A stretch of DNA of 64,000 bases from Octopus sinensis (GCF_006345805.1 NC_042997.1:211668001-211732000); one strand, 5' to 3'. Positions 45,481 through 58,919 are shown, counted from the first letter of the stretch. The notes: generated by a model not told the origin, from the sequence alone. Numbers and translations: made by a program.

Positions 45481-46651
45481 ATACCATGTCCTCGCGCCTG
45501 TAGAGTCACACTGTGACTCTGATGCGTCTCTTTTTATTGACTGGACGAGTTTCTTTTGTGTGTGTGGAGCCTGACCCTAACTACCATCGACAGCAATCTT
45601 GTACCCTGACTAATCAAGCAAACAGATTTATCTCCCCTTTACTGTCGTTGAGACCAAACACTGAAAGGTCGAAACATAAATATTTGGTTCCATGACGTAG
45701 TGATGGAACACTTCGTCGCAGAGGGAACTGCTCTTCACCAAAATCTCTGCTAGACTGTTGTCTGGTCCAGGAGATAATCTGTTTTAAAGTTGCACTAATT
45801 TTAGCAAAGGTTTGTGGTTTGTTTAAATGATGGGTGAGAGGTTTTTGGAAAACTTCTCCCTGTGCGGTGAGAAGCTTGCTTTCAGACCAGAAACGAGCCC
45901 GTTGTGCATGTATCTATATGTGTATGTGTGTTGTTGTGTTTGTCCTCCACTACTTCTTGTCAACGGGTGTTGGTGTGTTTGCATCCCCACAATTGAATGG
46001 TTCAGCAAAAGAGGCTATCTTTTAAGAGAGTCTTAAAAATGACGACCGGACTTGATTCATTTGACAAAATACTCTTCAAGGTGGTGCCCCAGCATGGCCA
46101 CAGTCTAATGACTGAAAGATGTGGTGTATGCGAGAGATTTGAAATAAGGACACCTACCTTCTCTTCGCTCGACGGAGATCTCTCAATGGTAACGCACCCT
46201 TCCACGCAGCCCGACCCGAGCACTAGAAATAGCAGCTGCTTTTCCCCTACCTTAAAAAAGAGCTCACACGTCTGTCTCACTCGGCTACCTCGATCGAAAA
46301 AGCCCAATGCTGCCCTGCCTGTGCGTGCGTCACTTCTGCCCCTTCATCTTCTGGTCAACCCCAAGTTTTGGTCAGCTCCCCAGCTGCTGACGTCACCCCA
46401 TAAAAGAAGTTAAAGATAAAAGATGCCAGTTGGATCGTTTAGGTTTGGCTGCTTTAGCAATTGACTGAAGCATTCTCCCCGTGATTGCAGTATTGCTGAG
46501 AGGACTTTCAGCAGAGCTGTGACATCTAATCCCTCAACAGGTTTTATGGAACAGATCCGTGGAGTCATCGAAAATCTTGATTGCATCCTACAACCCTATC
46601 CCTGAATCTGGATTTCACGAAAGGAAAAGTCTGTCACTGTTTTTATAGATT

Positions 46652-47046
46652 ACTAGCAGTATCGCCCGGCGTTGCTCGGGTTTGTAAGGGAAATAACTAT
46701 AAAGCATTTTTAGAGAGTTATAGCCAAAAAGTAGCAAAAAAAAGCAAAAATGGAAAAAAAATGATGGTAAATTTTTTAAAAATCGTTGACTCATCGTAGA
46801 CATTTTTAGAGAGTTACTTCCCTTATATAATAGCGAAAAAATGCATTAAAATGGAAAAAAATGATGGTAAATTATTTTAAAAATCGTAGACTCATCGTAG
46901 ACGTGCGCTAATACCCAGAAGGGCTCGATATGAATCACGACTATAAGATACCCGGTTTTGGTTAAACTGCACCGCAAAATGTGGGAGTAGTTAGGAATCT
47001 AAATCGTAGGAGACAGACACACAACCTGACTTTTATATATAAAGAT
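46652..47046 (+). mobile_element. Helentron/Helitron-like element
   Basis: Same as the 7344 copy. Confidence 0.65.
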
Positions 47047-47731
47047 GTGATGAAGATTGTCTGGAATGGTTCTGTGGTGGCCAGTTGTTGGATGAATTCC
47101 AGTGTTCAGATGCATTCAGAATGCTTGCTGACCACAGCTTCATAACCTCTGTTGCAGCTGTCCATGTCTTACAACCGTTTCAGTGTCCACAGAGCATTGA
47201 GCAGTAGTTGTGATGTCCATGTTGTGTCACCAGGTGTGAATCATCATGACACAGGTAACTTTTTGCTGGCTTCCAGTCCTCCACAACTTTTTCTCAACTA
47301 CAACTTTAATTTTATGCTCCCTGGGGCCAGTCACTGTCCACCAGTACCTCAAGCTGTTCCTGATAAAAGGAGACAGAAAAATTCGTCAAATTTAGCCTGA
47401 ACACCCGGCATACATAGTGAAAGGTCTTCAGAGGTGTTTTTGGTGGGTATGGAGAGGAATTAGGGAGCTTCTAACTGAAAGGATACAAAGATTTTTGTCT
47501 CTTTTCAAGGAGAGAAGAGACTTCCATGATGTCAAAGAATGGAAACCTGAATGAAAAGAAAGGTGGCCAAGTGTAGGTGAAGGTGTGTGGGATTGGGTGC
47601 ATAGGTGTGTACCTGGAGGGTAGGTGACCATTTGTACAACCCTCACTTGAATGGTTTCCTCAAATCTCAGATCCCAGATGCTATGATTACAGCAATAATC
47701 ACAAACAAGATGGTATTTAATTCAGTTTCTC

Positions 47732-47961
47732 TTAACCCTTTTGTTACCAACCTGGCTGAAACCACCTCTGGCTCTGCAGTACAAATGTCTTGTTTTCAAA
47801 AGTTCTGAATTAAAATCTTCCACCAAACCTTTGTCACAATTTATGTTCCTAAGACTAACTGAATAATAACTAAGTTATTTTACTAAATTCTTTGTTATAT
47901 TTAAAATTAATTGTAAGAGACACAGAACATCTTAAAATAAATAAAGTGACGAAAGGGTTAA
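47732..47961. mobile_element. piggyBac-like MITE
   Basis: TTAA-CCCTTT termini. Confidence 0.8.
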
Positions 47962-48420
47962 ATTTGTACTTTCTTCTAGTTTGTGCTAAGTTGTTGAAAT
48001 ATTTCTCCAGCAATGGCTACCTTCAGAGCCAATGAGCACAAAAGGGAAGGAAATGTGAATTTAAATTTGTCATTTTTAGGAAATATGTAAAACTAAACTT
48101 GAACTGTGAGGCGTGTGAAATCCAGAAGAGAGTAAAACAGATTGGCTTTCTTTTTTAAGAGAAGAATGAGTAGCGCCATCTGTGAACTTTTTGAAGGGAC
48201 CGTAAACCTGGAGGTATGGAGGGGAAGAGAAGGAGGAGGATTGCTACAAGAGGAAGCAGAACCACGGAAATCATTGAGTTTATTGGCTGACTTGAAACCC
48301 TGTCTCAATGTCTACAGCAGTGTTTTGATGAACTTTCAAGGTGCGAATTGACCTGTGGCTATCCATAGGGATGCTTTGTGGGTTTGAACCTAGAATCTTG
48401 TTCATCATCATTATACTCTT

Positions 48421-49345
48421 TCTCTTTTACTCTTTTACTTGTTTCAGTCATTTGACTGCGGCCATGCTGGAGCACCGCCTTTTAGTCGAGCAAATCGACC
48501 CCGGGACTTATTCTTTTGTAAGCCCAGTACTTATCCTATCGGTCTCTTTTGCCGAACCACTAAGTAACAGGGACATAAACACAACCAGCATCGGTTGTCA
48601 AGCAATGCTAGGGGGACAAACACACCACATATATATCATATATACGACAGCTTCTTTCAGTTTCCGTCTACCAATCCACTCATAAGGCATTGGTCGCCCG
48701 GGCTATAGCAGAAGCACTTGCCCAGATGCCACGCAGTGGGACTGAACCCGAAACCATGTGGTTGGTAAACAAGCTACTTACCACACAGCCACTCCTGCGT
48801 TATTTTTATGTCCACTTTTCTATGCTTGCATGGGTCAGATGGATTTGGCTGAGGCAGATTTTCAGTATTCAGACAGGGGGGTCCTGTCACCAATCCTCAC
48901 TTGTCTCCAAGCAACAACAGAGTTTTCCATTGCCAGACAAGTTTTCCATGGAAGACAAGAAACAAACAACCTCACTTGTATGACGGTGACACTCATTTAC
49001 AACCATCACACCATGTCAAGACAAAGCCACATACACACGCGTGCTCATATGCGGGTGCACACACATACATGTCCATATGTGGGCACACACACACACACAC
49101 ACACAAGCACATCCATACACACACACATACACATGTTTGTACACACTCATGCTCACATGCACACACACACACACACTTACTCACACACACACACACACGC
49201 ACTGGACTTCTTTCAATTTTTCTTTTTGAAATCAATTCCCAAAGCTTTGGTTGGTCCAGTGCCAGAGTAGAAGACCCTTGTCTAAGGTGCCACACAGCAG
49301 GACTGAACTCAGAACCACATGGCTGCAAAGTGGGTCTCTTAACCC
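48421..49345 (-). mobile_element. OK-type SINE (48421-48799) abutting a composite SINE (48800-49345)
   Basis: Two heads, two tails. Confidence 0.75.
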
Positions 49346-50199
49346 ACACAGCCATGCTTAGATGGGGACAAATTTCTACGTCACAAAATTCTACCAGAAT
49401 CTCAATAAAATTCTTCTGCAATGTCTATTGCTCTGTAGTATTGAAATGAAGAATGGTAAATGCTCTCATTAAAGCAGTTAGTTACTCTCTCTGGTTGCTA
49501 GGCAACTAACCAAATATAAGTATCATTATTTTTCTCCCAAGACACTCCAACTTATTCTGGGATTCTTGAAAATCTCCTCAAACTGTCATTAGTTTCTGAT
49601 GCTCTAAATGTCTGCTACATTTGGATTAAAAATCTAAAAATCATAAAATCTACCCAACTTCAGGCAATTCCATTTACAGAAACCGAATTTAACATATTGT
49701 AAAGCAGAAGATGAAGGAAGCTAAGTTTTGACCAAAACTCTTGAAATAATGGCAGTTGCAGAGAAAATATCTAAAACTTAATTTGCTTTTGATTTGATGG
49801 AATTTCCAAAAATCTTTCTCATTAGATTTGATTGAATTCTTTGATTATTAATGGTAGTGAAGAAAAGTCACAACCTGATGGAAAGATGCTGATCTGACAA
49901 TCCAATTATAATTTGGTTGCTATGGATACTTGGTCTTCGTTTTTCACAAATCCAAACAGTGTGTAATGTTGCAGTTACAGTACATATGATGGTGATGATG
50001 ATGGAGATGAGTATAAGGAGGAGGGCAATGGTGGTGATGGTGATGATGATGATAATTACAACAATGATAACGGTGATGGTGGTAGCGGTAATGATTTTTA
50101 AAACATTTTCTTTGTAGCAAATTTAATTGGGCTTATCTCCCTCTCTAATCAAAATTTGTTAATTATAAATTGGTATTCTGAGGTCTAGAATCGAAGGGC

Positions 50200-51645
50200 C
50201 TTAGAGTCAATCTAGCAAAAGCCAAAGTCCTGATAAGTAGGAAGGCAGACAAACCACAAATCCCTTCAGGTAGATGGCCCTGCTCAATCTGTAGTAGAGG
50301 CGTAGGTAGAAACTCCATAAGATGTACCCAGTGTAAGCTTTGGACCCATAAGAGGTGCAGCAATGTCAAAGGAAGGCTAACTGGGAAGATAGTTTTTGTA
50401 TGTGGCAGATGCTCAGGAGCAATAAACACTGAAAATGTGCAGAAAACAGCTTCTGTCACATACCAGGGGGAAAAACTAGAAGTAGTTGATAGCTTCTGTG
50501 GTGTGCAAGAGAGACGACTGTGCAGGTATGGTCATGTGATGTGTGTGGATGAAGACAGCTGGGTGAAAAAGTGACCAAGTCAGTAGCCGGGGTGGATGCT
50601 CTGAGAGTGTAGCTGCTAGAGTAAGGAAAGCCTGGGCAAAGTTCAGGGAACTCCTACATCTGCTGGTAACAAAGGGCCTCTTGCTTAGAGTGAAAGGTAG
50701 ACTGTATGATGCATGTGTGCAAACAGCCATGCTACATGGCAGTGAAACATGGGCTGTGACTGCTGAGGACATGCACAGGGTTGTAAGAAATGAAGCCAGT
50801 ATGCTCCACTGGATGTGTAATGTCAGTGTGCATGCATGATAGAGTGTGAGCACCCCGAAAGAAAAGTTGGACTTAGGAAGCATCAGATGCGGTGTGCAAG
50901 AGAGACGACTGTGCTGGTATGGTCATGTGATGTGTGTGGATGAGGACAGCTGTGTAAAAAAGTGTCATGCTCTAGCAGTTGAGGGAACTTGTAGAAGAGA
51001 TAGACCCAAGAAGACCTGGGATGACGTGGTGAAGCATGACCTTCGAACATTGGGCCTCACTAAGGTGATAACAAGTGACTGAGGCCTTTGGAAATATGCC
51101 ATGCTTGAGAAGACCTGGTAAGCCAAGTGAGACTGTAACCGTGGCCTATGCCAGTGCAGCATAACCGGCCCATTTAAGAGTACCCTTCAATCATTGGGCA
51201 ATAAACTGCACTTGTGAAGACCTGTTGAGTCAAGCGAAGTCATTGTCGTGGACGATGCCAGTACTGCCTGATTGGCATCTGTGCTGGTGGCATGTAAAAA
51301 GTACCATTTGAGTGTGGTTGATGCCAGTGCCGGCTGACTGGTCATGTGCTGGTGGCATGTAAAAAACACCATTTGAGCATGGTCATTGCCAGTGCTACCT
51401 GACTGGCTCCTGTGCCAGTGTTACGTAAAAGCACCATTCAAGCATGGTCAATGCCAGTACCGCCTGACTGGCTCCCATGCTGGTGGCACGTAAAAAGCAC
51501 CCACTACACTCTCGGAGTAGCTGACATTAGGAAGGGCATCCAGCTGAAGAAACTTTGCCAGATCAGATTGGAGCCTGGTGCAGCCTTCTGGTTGGCCAGC
51601 CTTCAGTCAAACCGTCCAACCCATGCTAGCATGGAAAGTGGATGT
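50200..51645 (+). mobile_element. 5'-truncated RTE LINE: Cys-rich insert + RT C-terminus + 3'UTR
   Basis: WPCSIC.RGVGRNSIRCTQCKLWTHKRCS, YDACVQTAMLHGSET and GVQERRL.WYGHV, with stops. Confidence 0.85.
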
Positions 51646-52200
51646 AAGAAAGTAAAACTTAATATACACCGGTGAATAGTGAGTGACAAAGAGACAACAG
51701 ACTGGAGAAGGAAGGTGTAGAAACTGGGAGATCCTTCAGCTAATGATGGGTTCAGAAAGGCAGCAGGTGATGTGCATAATCTTTTCTATGCTAGGCACAA
51801 GGCCCTCTAGTCCTAAATTGGTATTTATTTTATCGACCCTGAAAGGATGAAAGGCAGGGTTGACCTTGGTGAGATTTGAACTCAGAATGTAAAACTGGCA
51901 GAAATGCTGCTTAGGAATTTTGTCTGGTGTGGTTATGACTTGGCCATTTTGCTACCTGGTGGTGATATGTACAATGAGGAGGAGGAGATAGTGTCCGGTA
52001 ATGTAGGGGACAGGTCAGATTTCTAAAAGGCAACCTGCTGAAAGCTGGAGACCAGATCTATGACTGGAGCAAAGATGCCATGAGATGGAATAAGTTCTGT
52101 TGATAGAACCCTAAAAGACTGGAAGAAAGGGAGAAGCAAAGAATTCTGTGAAACGGTTGGAAAAGAAGCTGGATGTCAAGTTTACTCTCCTTTCTCTTTT

Positions 52201-52596
52201 TCTCTTTTACTTGTTTCGGTCATTTGACTGCGGCCATGCTGGAGCACCGCCTTTAGTCGAGCAAATCGACCCCGGGACTTATTCTTTGTAAGCCCAGTAC
52301 TTATCCTATCGGTCTCTTTTGCCGAACCGCTAAGTGACGGGGACGTAAACACACCAGCATCGGTTGTCAAGCAATGCTAGGGGGACAAACACAGACACAC
52401 AAACATACACCCACACACATATATATACATATATACGATGGGCTTCTTTCAGTTTCCGTCTACCAAATCCACTCACAAGGCATTGGTCGGCCCGGGGCTA
52501 TAGCAGAAGACACTTGCCTAAGATGCCACACAGTGGGACTGAACCCGGAACCATGTGGCTGGTTAGCAAGCTACTTACCACACAGCCACTCCTGCG
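52201..52596 (-). mobile_element. OK-type SINE, full length
   Basis: Reverse match. Confidence 0.9.
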
Positions 52597-53709
52597 TAGC
52601 ATGGAGAGAAAAAGAAAGCCAGAGGTTTGTCTTTGATCTGTGACAAAAGAGTGAAAGTTGTGAGATGTTGTTTAATCTTCTCTGTGGCCAACCATCATAC
52701 TCTTAGGGCCCTGACCCCATTGTCACCCATCACCTACACTTACCTTTCCTCACCTCTCCCCTTCCCTCCTGACTTCACCCCAAACAATCCTTCTGCTTAC
52801 ACCCTAATCATCCAGCTCATCACACTTTCTCCTAATCCCCTCCTTGGTCACCTTGCTTATTGAGTATTCTCAATACTCACCTGCTCCCCCCACATGGTCT
52901 CACTGCTGGCACCCCCACATCCACCCCCTCCTTATTTCTCCTTTCGCGTCTCCTTGTCTTTGCTAAGGGGACAAGGGGAACTGGAAGAAGAGGAGGAGGA
53001 GTGGGAGGAAGAGGGTGAAGAAGAGGAAGACTATCACGTGACAGCTGTAAATGAGTGTCACTGTCATACAAGCAGTGTTGTTTGCTTCCAATCTTCTGTG
53101 GAAACGTCTAACCAGGGGGAGGGGGGAAATATTTAGTTGTTTGGGGTCTTCTTTTAAGGGGCTGTTTGTTTATTGCAGCCCCTCAGTATCAGGAATCTAA
53201 CCCTTCCAGAAGACGGGCAGAGTGTTGTAGAGACAGCTCATGGGAGAATGGTTGAGCTGTCTTCTCTGCCTCCAATAGACGGTCCAAAACCGACAGACGT
53301 GTAGGATGGTCATCAAAACAACTGTGAGCGAGGCGTTCAACTTGGTGGTCAGTTTTATTCCCCTACTCTTCCACGCATCCTCCTCTTGCCCAAAGGGATT
53401 CTGCTGCTGACCTCTTCATCAAGGTCTGCATTGACACTTGACAAAGCTGAAGTTCCTGCTGCAGATTCCTGGAAGTTGTTTTGTGTTCTTTATGTCTTTT
53501 TGTCTTCTTTATGTGAAGTCCAAAGGCCCCCCCCCACTTCCCCCTCTTTGCCAAAATTGAAAGAACAGGCATCACCAGAAAGAAAGGGTTTGAGAATGGC
53601 ACCATGCATTCTGGAAGTGTGGGTGAGATGTCCGGCCCATGGTTCACCTCTACATGTGTCAGCCAGACAACAGCATTTTCCTTGGTTGAAGTTATACAGA
53701 CCGAAATGT

Positions 53710-54100
53710 GGAGGCGCAATGGGCCAGTGGTTAGGGCAGCGGACTCGCGGTCGTAGGATCGCGGTTTCGATTCCCAGACCGGGCGTTGTGAGTGTTTATT
53801 GAGCGAAAACACCTAAAGCTCCACAAGGCTCCGGCAGGGGATGGTGGTGATCCCTGCTGTACTCTTTCACCACAACTCTCTCTCACTCTTACTTCCTGTT
53901 TCTGTTGTACCTGTATTTCAAAGGGCCGGCCTTGTCACTCTCTGTGTCACGCTGAATATCCCCGAGAACTACGTTAAGGGTGCACGTGTCTGTGGAGTGC
54001 TCAGCCACTTGCACGTTAATTTCACGGGCAGGCTGTTCCGTTGATTCGGATCAACCGGAACCCTCATCGTCGTAACCGACGGAGTGCTTCCTTTTTCCTT
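53710..54100 (+). mobile_element. tRNA SINE family A, full length, 13 bp TSD
   Basis: cagaccgaaatgt at 53697-53709 and 54101-54113. Confidence 0.9.
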
Positions 54101-54280
54101 CAGACCGAAATGTAATATCCAGTAGCATTGGTGTATATGTGTAGCTCGGAGTGCAGGGAGATATATAAATTTCTCTGATCATACTACTGTTCCCTTGATA
54201 TACCCCCAGTTATTTCAGCCATGTTTTGTCACTGGGGTCAGGAAATGAAGATGTGAGACTGAGATGTTACCCAGAGGAAC

Positions 54281-54572
54281 CTCTTTTACTTGTTTCAGTC
54301 ATTTGACTGCGGCCATGCTGGAGCACCACCTCTAGTCGAGCAGATCGACCCCAGGACTTATTATTTGTAAGCCTAGTACTTATTCTATCAGTCTCTTTAT
54401 ATACATATATACGACGGGCTTCTTTCAGTTTCCGTCTACCAAACCCACTCACAGGCATTGGTCGGCCCGAGGCTATAGTAGAAGGCACTTGCCCAAGGTG
54501 CCACGCAGTGGGACTGAACCCGGAACCATGTGGTTGGTAAACAAGCTACTTACCACACAGCCACTCCTGCGC
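54281..54572 (-). mobile_element. OK-type SINE with internal deletion
   Basis: Head and tail present, middle missing. Confidence 0.8.
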
Positions 54573-55239
54573 TTTGTTATACAGTGGTGATGGGGCAACG
54601 ATGATGCGGCCACAAAAGATGAACTCAAGATGTGACGACAAATCTGTTTTGCAGTTGACTTGACTCATTCATTGATTGGAAGAGCAATTAATTGTTTTAT
54701 TTCGTTAACGTTTCTAATTATTTTAATTTCCATATTAATGGCTAAAGCTGAGAAAACAATAATTTTAAAATTTCAATTGAAATTGATAACCATTGTTTTT
54801 AGATAAAACCTGATTCCTAAAATGCCCACAGAATCCATTTATGGCATCTCTTGTAACAAGTCGGACTTTCAAAATTCTTTCTTTTTTTTTTTGAGGCAGT
54901 TTTTGGTTTGTTTGTTTCTTTGTTTGTTTCTTTGTTTCTTTCTTTCTCCCTCTCCCTCTCTTTGTCTCTTTACTTCTCCCCCTCCCTCACTTTGTCTCTT
55001 TCCTTCTCCCCTCCCTCATTTTGTCTCTTTCCTTCTCCCCTTCCTACTCTTTGTCTCTTTCCTTCTCCCCCTCCCTCTCTTTGCCTATCTCTCTCTCTCT
55101 CTGTCACTCACTGTTGCTTTCTATCTCCTTGCATTTTGTCTCTCTCTCCTTCCCTCTCTCTGTATGTGTGTATTGGTGAGCATAAACCCTCCCCCCCGTC
55201 TCTGCCCCCTCTCTATCTCTATCCATTCCTGTACATATG

Positions 55240-55672
55240 CATACACAAACACACACATACACACACATACACACTCTCACACACTCACACATACACTCAC
55301 ACACACTCACACACACTCACACACACTCACACACACTCACACACACTCACACACACTCTCACACACTCACACACACACACATACACTCTCACATACTCAC
55401 ACATACTCTCACACACTCACACACATACACTCATACACACACACTCTCACACACTCTCACACACTCACACACACTCTCACACACTCACACACATACACTC
55501 ATACACACACACTCTCACACACTCTCACACACTCACACACACACACACATACACTTACACACACATTCACACACTCACACACACACACACATACACTCAC
55601 ACACACATTCACACACTCACACACACACACACATACACTCACACACACTCACACACACACGTGTGTGTGTGT
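55240..55672. repeat. (CA)/(CACT)n compound microsatellite
   Basis: Directly visible; similar tract at 57310-57497. Confidence 0.95.
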
Positions 55673-55696
55673 GAGTGTATAATTATATGTATGTGT

Positions 55697-56250
55697 ATAG
55701 CACACGTACGTTAAATGATGATGTCTCTCCCTTTCTCTCTCTCTCTCTCTCTCTTTTTCCCCTCCTCCCTTCAGTATATGTCTCCCCTTCTGTCTCTCTC
55801 TCTTTTCCCCTCCTCCCTTCAGTATATGTCTCCCTTTCTCTCTCTCTCTCTTCCCCCTCCTCCCTCCAGTATATGTCTCCCTTTCTCTCTCTCTCTTTTC
55901 CCCTCCTCCCTTCAGTATATGTCTCTCTTTCTCTCTCTCTCTTTTTTCTCTCTCTTTTCCCCTCCTCCTTCAGTATCAGTCTCCTCCCCCTTCTCCTCTC
56001 CTCTCTCTCTCTTTCCCCCCTCCCTCAGTATAAGTCCTCCCCTTCTCTCTCTCCTCTCTCTCTCTCTTTTCCCCTCCTCCCTTCAGTATAAGTCTCCCCT
56101 TCTCTCTCTCTCTCTCTCTCTTTTCCCCTCCTCCCTTCAGTATATGTCTCCCTTTCTCTCCCTCTCTTTCCCCCTCCTCCCTTCTGTATATGTCTCCCTT
56201 TCTCTCTCTCTCTCCCTGTCTTTGTCTATCTCTTTCTATTCCCCTTCCTT
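55697..56250. repeat. CT-rich minisatellite, ~9 units of 45-60 bp (ttcccctcctcccttcagtatatgtctccc)
   Basis: Recurrent cagtat anchor. Confidence 0.9.
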
Positions 56251-56559
56251 TAATACGTTGCTTGGCAACTAATTAAATGGCCAGTTGCTGCTACTAACGT
56301 CGGCTGCTACTAAATCTCTCTGAAACTATCGTATTTTACCATTTACAAGAATCCTTCTGTTCCTCTCCCCTCCCCCCCGTCTCTCTTTCGTCCATTTTAT
56401 CAATCATTAGTCTCACATATCAATCAATCAACAATCACACTCTCATATCCTGTTTTTTCTTTCTTTCTTTCTTTCTGCCGTTTCCTCATTCTAAATTCCC
56501 ATACCTTCCTGAATTGTTTTCTTTAAACCACAATTATTAGTGTCACACCTGAATACAAC

Positions 56560-57300
56560 AGGTTTTAAAAGAGAACACTCGCCATACAGAAAACGTGGCA
56601 CATCTCTCTCGTAAATAAACATTTCAGCTGGCATCGCAAGCGAAGAACACAAGAGATTGCTGCTGCTGTGCTGTCCCTTTTGCCCGATTCTTCTTCGATC
56701 GTTCCCTAAATTTCACGGGGATCCACCGACGAACCAACGTCTTTTTTTTGTTTAACCAATTTAATAATCAACCCAGAAACTGCGTGTTGGTTTGTTGACG
56801 TCCGTGTTTCGCCCGATCGGAAGATGTTTTTGGCATTGATCACAATTCTGGTGTTTGCTGGACGCATAAATGGTGAAGAGGAGTTCTCATTCCGTCGTGT
56901 CACTTTGGTCTCGGATGCCGAAAAATTCAAAGCAGCCGACGGATTTAAAATGATTTACCACATCGTTAATTCAGGTATTTCACCTTTAATCAATTATTAA
57001 AAAACACGCGCGCACGCGCGAGCACACGAACATACGCGCGCCCGCGCACGTTTAACAATGTCGCGACTCCAACTTTGTCCGTTTATGGTCAGAACAATCC
57101 GTTGTCCTGTTATAATTACTGATGTTGCCATTTCACATCGTTTGCCCTTCGCCTCTCCTTCCTACAACTCTGTGTGTCAGGGTGTTTGTTTCCACGGATT
57201 AATTCTTTGAAGAACACAAATTTTCGTCTGGGAAACGTCGATAGTGACTTCGAAGTTTTGATTTACCAGCCGTCGGCTAATTAAAGAAAACTTTCGTAAT
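56560..57300 (+). promoter_or_regulatory. CpG-rich promoter/5'UTR/first-intron region of the secreted-protein gene
   Basis: Local excess of CG dinucleotides, including cacgcgcgcacgcgcg at ~57006, against a CpG-poor background, around the ATG exon. Confidence 0.45.
56824..56974 (+). CDS. First coding exon of a secreted protein, probable WIF-domain (WIF1/shifted-like): MFLALITILVFAGRINGEEEFSFRRVTLVSDAEKFKAADGFKMIYHIVNS-G
   Basis: aagATG start, hydrophobic signal peptide, 151 bp ending at CAG|GTATTT. LVSDAEKFKAADGFKMIYHIVNSG aligns without gaps to the WIF1 start [24 protein letters not shown] (8/24 identities, WIF1 sequence recalled from memory). Too short for the ORF track. Confidence 0.6.
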
Positions 57301-57375
57301 TTTTCCCTACACACCACACACCACACACACACTCACACACACACTCACCCCCACACACACACTCACACACACACA

Positions 57376-57411
<36 letters not shown>

Positions 57412-57443
57412 CACACACTCACACACACACTCACACACACACA

Positions 57444-57499
<56 letters not shown>

Positions 57500-58040
57500 T
57501 ATGTTTGTATGTAAGCGGAGTTTTTCAAAAGCTCTCCTTCGAAGTCCCATTCTTCTAACGGGAAAAATGAAGAGCAGTTCTCTTTTTTTTTCCCCGAAAA
57601 TTTCATGTTTAAAATATTTTTCGTCCTCTTCCGTACGAAGTATGGGACTAACATATCATGAGGTAGCATTTTCATATTTCATAACTATATATACAGACGT
57701 ACAATATGTGTGTGTGTATATGTATGTATATATCGTCATCATCATTATCACCGTTTAACGTCCGCTTTCCATGCTGGCATGAGTTAGACGATTTGACAGA
57801 GGACTGGCAAGCCAGGAGGCCACACCAGGCTCCAATCTATACATATATATCAATATCAATATATATATATGTATATATACCGGAGTAAACACATAAATGT
57901 GAAACAAGGTGGAAAAAAGAGTACTCAAATACCAGTGGTAGAGTAAGCAAAAACTGTCCGATGAACGGCAACAGGAAACTCAGAGTAACAGATTTTGTTG
58001 AATTTTCTGCTGCTTTAAATAAAGTATATATATATATATT

Positions 58041-58376
58041 GAAGGCGCATGGGTCAGTGGTTAGAGCGTTGAGCTTACGATCGTGAGGTTGTGAGCTCGA
58101 ATCCCGGACCGGGCTGCGTGTTGTGTTCTTGAGCAAGGCACTTTATTTCACGTTGCTCCAGTTCACTCAGCTGTAGAAATGAGTTGCGACGTCACTGGTG
58201 CCAAGCTGTATCGACCTTTGCCTTTCCCTTGGATAACACTGGTGGTGTGGAGAGGGGAGGCCGGTATGCATGGGCGACTGCTGGTCTTCCATAAACAACC
58301 TTGCCCAGACTTGTGTCTAGGAGGGTAACTTTCTAGGTGCAATCCCATGGTCATTCATGACCGAAGGGGGTCTTTT
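58041..58376 (+). mobile_element. CORE-like tRNA SINE family B, full length
   Basis: tRNA-like head followed by gtgttcttgagcaaggcacttt...ctcagctgtagaaatg. Confidence 0.85.
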
Positions 58377-58399
58377 ATATATATATATATATATATATA

Positions 58400-58617
58400 C
58401 AGTAATCACTCACCATATCGCGGTTCACCTATCGTGGTTTAAGATTTAAGCTTACGTTGATTCCTCTGTGGTGTTGTTTTGCATTTTTAATAAAATAAAT
58501 ATTTACAAATTATGAAAATAAAAGAAAAAAATATACAGTACTCTTTCTACTTCATGGATTTTCACTTTTCATGGGGGGCTTTGGAACATAACACCTGCGA
58601 TAGTTGAGGGATTACTG
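58400..58617. mobile_element. pogo/Tigger-like MITE, TA TSD
   Basis: TA-CAGTAATC...GATTACTG-TA. Confidence 0.75.
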
Positions 58618-58805
58618 TATACACACACACACACACTCTTATGTGTGTATATATATATATACACATACATACGTGCATATATATATATATACATACATAT
58701 ATGCATATATATATATGTATGTGTATATAATATATATATGTATATATATATAATATATATATATGCATATACTATATATATATATATACACATACATACA
58801 TACGT

Positions 58806-58841
<36 letters not shown>

Positions 58842-58844
58842 CTA

Positions 58845-58880
<36 letters not shown>

Positions 58881-58919
58881 TCTATATATTAATATATATA
58901 TATATATATATATAATATA

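Noticed and set aside
45502-45520. Perfect 19 bp palindrome AGAGTCACACTGTGACTCT containing CACAGTG (RSS/Transib-like heptamer)
   Set aside because: No nonamer at 12 or 23 bp spacing and no second terminus; probably chance.
53710-53785. tRNA-like sequences (also 58041, 13485 and others)
   Set aside because: They are SINE heads continuing into SINE bodies, with TSDs; no complete acceptor stem.
54822-56272. Long His/Thr- and Ser/Leu/Pro-rich ORFs
   Set aside because: Translations of CA/CACT and CT satellites.
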